Shown here: positions 55,874 to 64,000 of the stretch, piece by piece | Layout of the letters: the number at the start of each line of letters is the position of its first letter | How positions within the stretch are numbered: position 1 is the first letter of the stretch | NCBI GenBank assembly: GCA_964555845.1 | Contig: CAZKUA010000004.1 | Span: 12,544 to 76,543 of the forward strand | Length of the DNA: 64,000 nt | Origin: an uncultured Candidatus Peribacteria bacterium | GTDB taxonomy: Bacteria > Patescibacteriota > Gracilibacteria > BD1-5 > UBA2023 | Direction: 5' to 3' | Program-made: the position numbers and the translations under genes | The notes under the pieces: model-generated | Database searches by the model: none | What the model saw: the letters and a program-made list of their open reading frames with translations, nothing else | What the model was told of the DNA's origin: nothing

Positions 55874-56980
55874 ATGAATACTTTAGAAAATTTTGAGCAA
55901 GAAAGAAAAACTTGTAGTAATATCTACGAGATTTTGGCTCATCCAGCGATTTTTAAGTCATTAATTAGCTGTATATTTCAGGATATAGAAGCCGATGAAT
56001 ATCAACATATTTATAATATCAAAAAACAATTTCTATGAAATCGGAATAATAAAGAATATAGAGAAGAATTTTTAAGATATGAGGAAAATATATCTAAAAT
56101 CCTAGAATTTTTCAAAGATGAGACAAATGTGAAGAAATTCGCGAATGAGGTGGATAAATTCTATACTGAGCATAAAGAAGCTCTGTATAAATCTTGAATT
56201 AATCATTCCCATAAAAATGCCTACAGTATCGCAATAGCTACTTTAAGACAATTTGAAGATGATAAATTTGTTGATAATTCAGAAGTTGATAATCATACAA
56301 GTATTAAACCTACTCAAAAAGATGATATTGTAAAAAGAGTTAATGATAAATTTGAAGAAATACTATCTGAAATTCGTCCGGATTATTTGATTGTTTGAGA
56401 TATTGAATGAAATCTTGTTAATTGAGTTAATTCCAATTATATTATTGATTTTTTTGATAAAAATGTAGCTCAGATTAAAAACAATTATATTGATATAGAT
56501 ACAAGAAAGCCTATAATTATTGATGATTGTAATCTTTACTGGATGTCAAATATTTATTTACCAGGTTGAAAAAATATTGTAGAAGTAGAATTGAGTAGAA
56601 ATTCAAAAACTGCTGGATTTATAACAAAATATATGCTGAATAAAACTGAAGAATACAGTGTAGAATGAAATAAAATAGTTAGTATTTGGGATAGAGATAA
56701 TTTACCAAATTGAGACGAAGTAGCAAAAATAGTACTTGAAAATGAAGATACTAGATATGTTACAAAAGAAAATAAAATTTATAGAGTTCATTTTGAAGGT
56801 AGTGAATGTGAGGTTTGTGATTTATGAGAAATGAAGGAAATTTCTAAATGAAAAAATGCTAGACAGGCTATAATTATAGATAAAAATTGAAAGAAAAGAA
56901 AAATATTAATTTTAGAATATTGAATACAAAAACCAATGTTTACTATTTTCTGAAAAGCTTTTTTTAAGTTTTCAAGCTAG
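55874..56980 (+). CDS. paralog C of the tandem family (368 aa)
   Basis: The frame was checked. A roughly 38-nt identical stretch is shared with paralog B (ACTTGTAGTAATATCTACGAGATTTTGGCTCATCCAGC). The C-terminal region has YVTKENKIYRVHFEGSECEVCD. The code-25 stop is TAG at 56978, after read-through of TGA at 56921 and 56951. Confidence 0.6.
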
Positions 56981-57107
56981 TTTTCCTTGAAAAATTTTAC
57001 AAAAAATTCTGGAAAATTTCCAGAATTTTTTGTTTATCTTTTGACTTTAATTTAAAAAATATAAAATCTATTAAACTTATATATTTATAATCTGTAATTA
57101 AATTAAT

Positions 57108-58601
57108 TTGGCAACAAAAAAAGTATATTTCAATACTATAGCTCAACTCGCTGGGAAGTTCTCGACAGCTTTTATTAGTATATTCCTCATTAAAATACTC
57201 ACAAATTACCTGAGTCTTGATGATTATGGGCTTTATTCTAAGATTTATAACTATCTTTCAATTTTTGCAGTAATAGCTGATATGGGGCTTTTTACTATCA
57301 CGATTAGGGAGATTTCCGCGAATAGGGAAAATAAAGATATAGTGAGAAAAATCATCTGAAATATGATGACAATTAGATTATCACTTGGTTTTTTGATAAT
57401 ATTCTTAGCGGTTGGAATTGCCTTTTTCTTGCCATGATATAATTCCAGTCTTGCACTTTGGTCAATATTTATCACTTCATTTTTTGTATTTTTTTGATTG
57501 ATGAACAGTGCTATTTTATCTCTTCTTCAAGCCTACCTTAAGACTGAGTTTTCATTTATTTCTACCACTGTTTGAAAAATTGCAAATTTCTTGCTTATCT
57601 TATTTGTGGTTTTTATTTTATATCCAAAATGAGCGATAATGTGAAATTCACATTTGCAATTTAGTGCGTTTTTGTGGATTATGTTTGCCGGAGTTTTTGG
57701 TAATATTGTCATGACTTTGCTGATTTATTTTTATTCCAGAAAAGTCGAGAAAATCAATTTTTCATTTCATTTACCTCAAATTAAAAGTCTTGTGAAAATG
57801 TCTATTCCATATGGACTTGCAATGTTTTTAAATGTTATTTATTTTAAAATTGATGTAATTATTTTATCTATTATGGAGCCGAGAAATATAGCTGATACCA
57901 GTATCGCGCTTTACTCTGTTCCTATGAAAATTGTTGAAGTCTGAATGCTTTTTGGATGACTTTTTCTCCAGTCTATGTTACCACTTTTTACCAATGCTAT
58001 CAAGAAAAAAGATAATATTGAAATGAAAATGCTTGTTTCAAAATCCTATAAACTTTTACTTGCTTTTTGAATAGCAATTATTGGATTTTCACTTGTAAAT
58101 TGAAGAGAAATTTTATCACTTATTGCCAGCAGAGAATATCTAGATCATAGCAAATATCTCTATAATTCTCTGGACTCTTATAATGTTGTGATTTTCATTT
58201 TCTTATTTTATTTTATATCATCTATTTTTACATATATTCTCATAGCGTCCTGAGAGCAGGGAAGGCTTCTTAAGATTAATTTTTATCTTACAATTCTAAA
58301 TATTGTCCTAAATATTATTTTAATTCCTCGTTTCTCTTTTGTAGGATCTTCTGTGGCTACGCTTATTTCTCAAGTATTTTTAGTAGCTAGCACTTATTTT
58401 GTTTCTCGCCATATTTTTAGATTTAATTTTATGCCGGGTTATACTTTCAAAATACTTTTTCTGTGAGTTTTGGCTTCTTTAGTTAATTTTTTGATAATTT
58501 CTCATTTTTCTCTCTGAGTATTCTTGAGTCTGATTATATCTTTTGTGATATTTTGAGCAATTTATTTTCCTGGATTTTATTTGAGTTATAAGAAAATATA
58601 G
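57108..58601 (+). CDS. MOP-superfamily polysaccharide/lipid-linked oligosaccharide flippase (Wzx/MurJ-like, 497 aa)
   Basis: The frame was checked line by line. The protein is multi-pass hydrophobic. The start appears to be TTG at 57108, because there is no in-frame ATG upstream. TAG at 58599. Confidence 0.75.
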
Positions 58602-58604
58602 ACT

Positions 58605-61361
58605 TTATTTATTTTTTAAAAGTTTTAAAATAGCTTCATTAAAAATTTCTTGTTTTCTTATTAATTCAATTAAAATTCTTTGGTTTTCTGTCAGGTTAGC
58701 TTCAACTATAATTCATTCTTTTAAGATTTTATCATTTTCTTTTAATACACCAACAATTTGTTCATTAATATCTACTTCTTCATCCATAGATTCACCATAT
58801 ACAGCATTTTCGATTTCATGTTGGCTCATTTCTCAATAAAGTAGTCTTTGTATTTCCTCCATTGTTCTTTTTTGTTTTGGGAACTGATTAGTTCTAACCA
58901 CTTTTAAAACTTCTTCTAGGGTAGTTTCTCATTCTATAACACGACAAAATCCATCCTCAGCCATACTTGTCATACCATATCTGCGGGCTATAGTTTCGAG
59001 TTCAGAAGCTGTTTTTCTTTGAATTACCGCTTTTTTTAATTCTTCATTTACACAAAATAGCTCTACAATACTTACTCTTCACTTATATCCAGTATCATTA
59101 CAATGATCACAACCTTTTCATTTTTTAAATTTTATTTTATGTTCTTTAAGATAATTACCCATATTTTTTACATATCTTTTTAAATATGAGAGATCATTTT
59201 CATTTGGAGTGTAATCTGTAATACAGTGTGGACATATTTTTCTAACTAATCTTTGTCCTACTAGAGACACAAGAGTTGAGCCCAAAAAGAATGGCTCTAT
59301 TCACATATTTATAAGCCTATCTATAGCAGATATCGCATCATTTGTATGAAGAGTAGATAATAATAAGCGACCTGTAAGACCTGCTGCTATAGCATTTTGA
59401 GCCGACTCTAAATCTCTCATTTCTCAAAACATCAAAATATCTGGGTCTTGTCTTAATATTGTTTTTAGTACAACTTCAAATGATATTTGATTTTTTCAGC
59501 CAGCATCTATTTGATTTGCTCATCTAATGGTATATTCAATTGGATTTTCCACTGTCACTATATTTTTTTCATCACTATTAAGATTAGATAGAGTTGAATA
59601 CAGTGTTGTAGTTTTACCGCTTCATGTAGGTCAAGTTATTATAATAATACCACTTGGAAGTACTGTTACAAGTTCATATTTTCTGGCAATATTTAGTCTC
59701 ATTCAGAGCTCTTGAACTGATGGAATTATATCTTTTTGAATTAATAGACGAGCAACTATTGTGTCTCAGAAATTTGTAGGTATTAGAGAAAATCTAATAT
59801 CAACTTTTATATCTTTATCATCATAATAAACACTTATTCTTTCATCGTATGTTTCACTTTTTTTCCAAGAATCAGCGAAAACAAAATAATTTTTAATAGT
59901 ATTTGTAAATCATTTACTAATTTGAATTGGTAACTCTCCAATTTGCTGAAGTACTCAATCAACGCGCGCTCTAATTCTTACTCTATCTTCCTCGGGTTCT
60001 ATATGAATATCTGATGCTCATTTATTTATTGCTTCTATTAAAATATCTGCAAATTTATTAAGATTGTCATTAGTTTCAGATCTAAAATTTTTTCAAATAT
60101 TAAAAACACCAGAAGCACTTTTAAAATCTTGCTTTGGTTCCATTTTTTCTCTACTCATTTTCCTAAAAACTCCCTCATTTTTGACACATTCATCAATAAA
60201 TGGGTTTATTTCATCTTTTGTGGCATATTCAAAAACTATTTCAATTGATAAATCATTTAATTCCTCTTTTTTTAGATTTGTAAAAATAGCTTCTTTAATT
60301 TCTGAAGATTTTTTTAAAATCTGTCTTTTTATTTCTTCTATTTTTTTTCCTGCTGAATCATCAGATAAAACTGTAATAATACATCCTTTAATTTCAGGAG
60401 GCGCCTTACTATCTTTATCTCATAATTTATCTTCATTTTTGTATGTCTGAAAAATTCTATAAGGTACAAAATTTAGATCCTTCATTATTCTTCTTTCTTT
60501 GCTAAAAATAGGAAAAATTTTTGGGTCTATACCAGAAATACTAGGTTTTGATCTAATCATATTCTTTTGTTGAGCTATGATTTTTAATAATCTGTCTTTA
60601 CTCACAACTCCCATATCTTCAACTAAAATATCTCATATTTGTTTTTTTGTTCATTTTGCTTCCCAATCCCTTTGTAATGCTATTGCATTTTCTAATTGTT
60701 CTCAATCTATTAAATTATTTGCTACCAGAAGCTCACCCGTTTTCATAGAGAATTCAGGGTGAGATTTTATAAAATTTAAAAATTTTCTCCTATCAATAAA
60801 ACCGAGAATCATTAATATTTCTCAAACCATCATTATTTTACCATCTTTTGCCTTTTCTGCTTTATATTTTAGAGCTTCCTCAAGATTTTTTTGAGTAATA
60901 AATTGAGCTTCAATCAGAGCTTCTCATATTTGCTTTCTAGGTATATTATTTTTAATAGGGACTACATCAGTATCTACAGGTAAATTTATAATACTTTGAG
61001 TCTTGTCTTTAACTTCTTCTTTTTGAGAGGTTAAAGGTTCTACTCTTGATTCTATAATTTTTATTTGTTCTCTATCAGTAGGAATAATTCAATTTTTTGC
61101 AATAAAATCAAGGAATTTTTTTCTGTTTTTTTCAATATTTTTAGATCAAAATAATATCTCTAAAAATGAAGGAATTTCTCATATATCCTTATTTGAATTA
61201 GCTATTTTTTTTTGATAATCTATAATTTTATTAAGATCTCATTCAGATAATAAATTTCATTTTATGAATTTTTCTCAGATTATTTTTGAATTTTCTAGTA
61301 AATTTAATAATGCTTGCTCATTTCAAGCTCAAGAATTTATTCAACTATTTATTGTATTCAT
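58605..61361 (-). CDS. pilB: type IV pilus assembly / T2SS GspE-family ATPase with an extended N-terminal region (918 aa)
   Basis: The frame was checked for every line. Walker A is TGPTGSGKTTTL at 59607-59636, with two Gly encoded by TGA. Also present: the Asp box, Walker B (DPDILMFGEMRD), the His box ([10 protein letters not shown]), the tetracysteine CPHC...CDHC, and N-terminal GSPII_E_N-like repeats. Confidence 0.9.
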
Positions 61362-61496
61362 CTATAAAATTTTTTTATTAAAATTATTACATTATATTAA
61401 TATATATCGTAATGTTACTTTTTGTCAAATTAAAATTTGACTATTTAATAAAAGTATGATTTAATTTCTCTTAAAAGTATAGTTTTATATAAATTT

Positions 61497-61757
61497 ATGA
61501 AAATAAAAATAAAAAATAAATTAATTGAATTTAAAAATTTTCTTCAATTTAAAGAGATTTCAAACACAAATTTAGTTTGATTTATAGGAATTTTTGTAGT
61601 TGCATTTTCTTATCTTTGAAATATAAATTCAAGTGGTCAATTTAATTCTTGATACCTTAAATCCAACCTTGCTGAGGCAAAATTGAAAAAAACTAATTGA
61701 AATTATATCATAAATATTGACGGAAAAGACTATATTTTAAATACTCTCACAAAATAA
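61497..61757 (+). CDS. small membrane protein (86 aa)
   Basis: ATG at 61497, TAA at 61755. It has one hydrophobic helix, LVGFIGIFVVAFSYLG. Confidence 0.45.
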
Positions 61758-61824
61758 TAAAGATTTTCTATTTTTGATTTTTTCATTTTTATTATTAGAA
61801 TGTATGAAATAATAATTTTATAGC

Positions 61825-63111
61825 ATGGAAAAAATAGAAAAATCACTTAAGCAATTATCTCAAATATGGCAAGAATTTAATATAGAGTGATATTTGAATA
61901 TTTATGAAACTAAATCAAAAGAAATCTCATTCACTCCAGTTTGAGATGAAATTAGTGTGAGTCAAGATACGGATGTGAGTCTGATTTTAAATATTATCAA
62001 AAACAATAAAAAACTTACAATAAAACAAAATTCGCTGTCTTATGAGGATTTGTGTGATAAAATTAAAGATAACTTATGACTTCTTGAGGTAGGTAGCGCT
62101 GATTCTGATATTTATATGTTTCCGACAAAAAATAGTCTAGATGTTGATGAAATAAAATTTGATATAGACGACATTTCTTGAGATTTTCTTTTATCACAGC
62201 GGAATAAAGTCAAAAATTATAAATTTAGTCCTAACATTTCAGTTGAGGCATTTTCATATTCTCTAAATTCAGAAAATAGATATTTTATAAATTCTCTTGG
62301 CGCTTCTAAATCGCATAAATCAACTCAAAACTCATATTTTTTATGACTTTATTATGATACTCTAAATTTTTCTGACACAGAATATGAAGTTTTTTATAGC
62401 TCAAATTATGAGAATGTAACTTCCGATTTTATAGCCAAAACTGAGCAAAAACTTCTCGCAAAAGTTAATCCTCAAAAATCCCAATTAAAATCTTGATTTT
62501 ATAATGTTACATTTAAAAATAATTTAGCAGGAGATTTCCTAGATATTTTACTGAGTTGATGTAGTGGAGAAAAAATCAGACAATGAATTTCTTTCTTAAA
62601 AAAATGAGATATCTGAAAAAAAATTGTAACAGACAAATTAAATATAAAATCAATTCATAATATAGACAGTTCTCCATTTAACAGATTCTTTGATTCTGAG
62701 TGAATTGACACAAAAGACTTATTTATTATCAAAAATTGAGTTTTAGACGAGATTTTTCTTGATTCTAAAAATGCAAAAAAATATTCCAAAGATCCAAATT
62801 GAAATCCAACTTATGCCAATATTGCTCTAATTTGAGACAAAACCAAGGATTTTTTAAAAAATACAAATTTCTTATTTACGAATTTAATGTGACTTCATAC
62901 TATTGATTTTTCTACCGGTAAATTCGCGCTCGAGTGAGAATGATTTGAGGTTAACAATTGAAAAATTTGAAATTTTGTTAAAAATGTTAGTATAAGTTGA
63001 AGTATTCTAGATTTATTTTTATCGCTAGATTCTATTTGAGATGATATTTATGAACATTCTGCTATTAAAACTGGCTCAATTACTTTTTTAAATCAAAATA
63101 TAATTATATAA
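61825..63111 (+). CDS. TldD/PmbA-family metalloprotease (428 aa)
   Basis: The frame was checked line by line. ..SSPFNRFFDSEGIDTKDLFIIKNGVL.. and ..LMGLHTIDFSTGKFALEGEGFEVNNGKI.. match the PmbA_TldD C-terminal signatures. Confidence 0.78.
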
Positions 63112-63112
63112 A

Positions 63113-63844
63113 ATGCAACAAATAATTTTACAAATTTGAAATACTCTGGGTCTAAATCCACAAAATGATGTGTATATTTTGATTTGATTTTTTGTTTTTT
63201 TCATAATTTTTGCAATTTTATGAACTTCAAAAATTTATGAAGCTTTATTTTGAATTGTGCTTTGAATTTCAATTTTTATAGTTGTTCAAATTTTGCTTTG
63301 ATATAGCGGAAATGATTCCTATTCTCTGACATTTATGAGTGAGAAAATTGTTAAATTTATTGTCGGATCTTCAGTTTATTTAATAATTATTTTATCAATT
63401 TTGGTGCCAATTAATTGATGATTTCAAGGATCGTCTACCAAAAATCCAGCCTTAAAAATATTTGTAACAATATTTTTATCAAGTTTACTTATTTTATTAT
63501 TCTCGGCAATTTTGGCTTGATTAATCGAACAAATCTATATTTTTAAAATTGATAATGCATTTAGTTTACTCAAAAAATGGCCAAAATTTACAGAATTTCT
63601 ATCTTGATCTAAAATATATGCTTTCTTAATTTCATATATTCATATTATAATAGTTTTTGGCGTATTTTACGTCATTTATAAGCTACTTTTTGCTGATATT
63701 GTGTCTTCGATGCTTAAGTGATTTTTGTCTTCATTATTTAAGAAAAAGGACAAATGAGCCTGAGATTGAGACTGAGAAGATTATTGACATCATTAATTTT
63801 TTTACAAAATCAAAAAATATGATACAATGTTTCTGATTTAATAA
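63113..63844 (+). CDS. integral membrane protein (243 aa)
   Basis: The ATG lies 1 nt after the previous stop. The frame was checked. TAA at 63842. It has several hydrophobic helices and an acidic Gly-rich tail, KGAGDGDGEE. Confidence 0.55.
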
Positions 63845-63851
63845 AATATTA

Positions 63852-64000
63852 ATGAAAAAATTTAATAAAAGATGAGAAACTCTAGTTTCACTTTTGATAT
63901 GAATGTTTATAATATCATTAGTGATTTCTTGAATTGCAACAATTATTGGCTCTAATTACAGTTTAGAAGATAATTTTATTAAAAATAATAAAGTTTTTTT
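63852..64000 (+). CDS. pilin/pseudopilin-like protein, N-terminal part only (continues past the window)
   Basis: MKKFNKRG|ETLVSLLIGMFIISLVISGIATII is prepilin-like, with a short basic leader, Gly (TGA) and a hydrophobic helix. It lacks the conserved Glu at position +5. Confidence 0.45.

Noticed and set aside
55874-56980. The true end of paralog C might be at TGA 56921 (..LILEY), by analogy with paralog A, which ends shortly after the homologous KYGI.
   Set aside because: Everything else in the window indicates TGA is sense, so I kept the TAG at 56978. The 19-codon tail is unverified and is flagged in the feature evidence.
1-64000. The fragmented ORF track could mean a decaying genome full of pseudogenes.
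   Set aside because: The interruptions are exclusively TGA. Read-through frames end cleanly at TAA or TAG, gene spacing is tight and regular, and catalytic motifs are intact. This is recoding, not decay.

Overview
This is an AT-rich, gene-dense bacterial chromosome segment with about 60 genes on both strands. It is not written in the standard genetic code. In-frame TGA occurs throughout essentially every gene and falls on invariant glycines: the Walker A loops of PcrA, RecQ and PilB, HPFxDGNGR of a Fic domain, GHSLGG of a lipase, DxDGT of two HAD hydrolases, and the G|FSLVE prepilin site. Trp at conserved positions is TGG, and the only tRNA in the window is tRNA-Trp(CCA). This fits translation table 25 (UGA=Gly), so by inference the organism is a Gracilibacteria/Absconditabacteria (SR1)-type member of the Candidate Phyla Radiation. 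The supplied standard-code ORF track is therefore badly fragmented. I re-derived all CDS below by reading through TGA. For most of them I checked line by line, by eye, that the frame contains no TAA or TAG. Housekeeping content: valS, rpsB, tsf, tyrS, recQ, pcrA, tmRNA, tRNA-Trp, an M23 peptidase, TldD/PmbA, a MOP flippase and two HAD hydrolases. There is a type IV pilus theme: a 918-aa PilB, a 780-aa pilin-headed protein and a partial pilin-like gene at the right edge, with a 2535-aa secreted LTD-domain giant protein next to the 780-aa gene. The window also holds HicBA, BrnTA-like and RelE-like toxin-antitoxin pairs, a GIY-YIG cassette with inverted repeats, and two families of short palindromic repeats. 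Three clusters match no described system that I know of. (i) 3014-5671: a degenerate Fic protein plus a methyltransferase-deaminase-Fic triple fusion. (ii) 35.3-41.4 kb: a 267-aa protein plus a 1232-aa protein with two MutS-type ATPase domains, bracketed by TA-like modules. (iii) 51.1-57.0 kb: a 988-aa protein followed by three tandem diverging paralogs. I saw no rRNA, CRISPR array, integrase or transposase.
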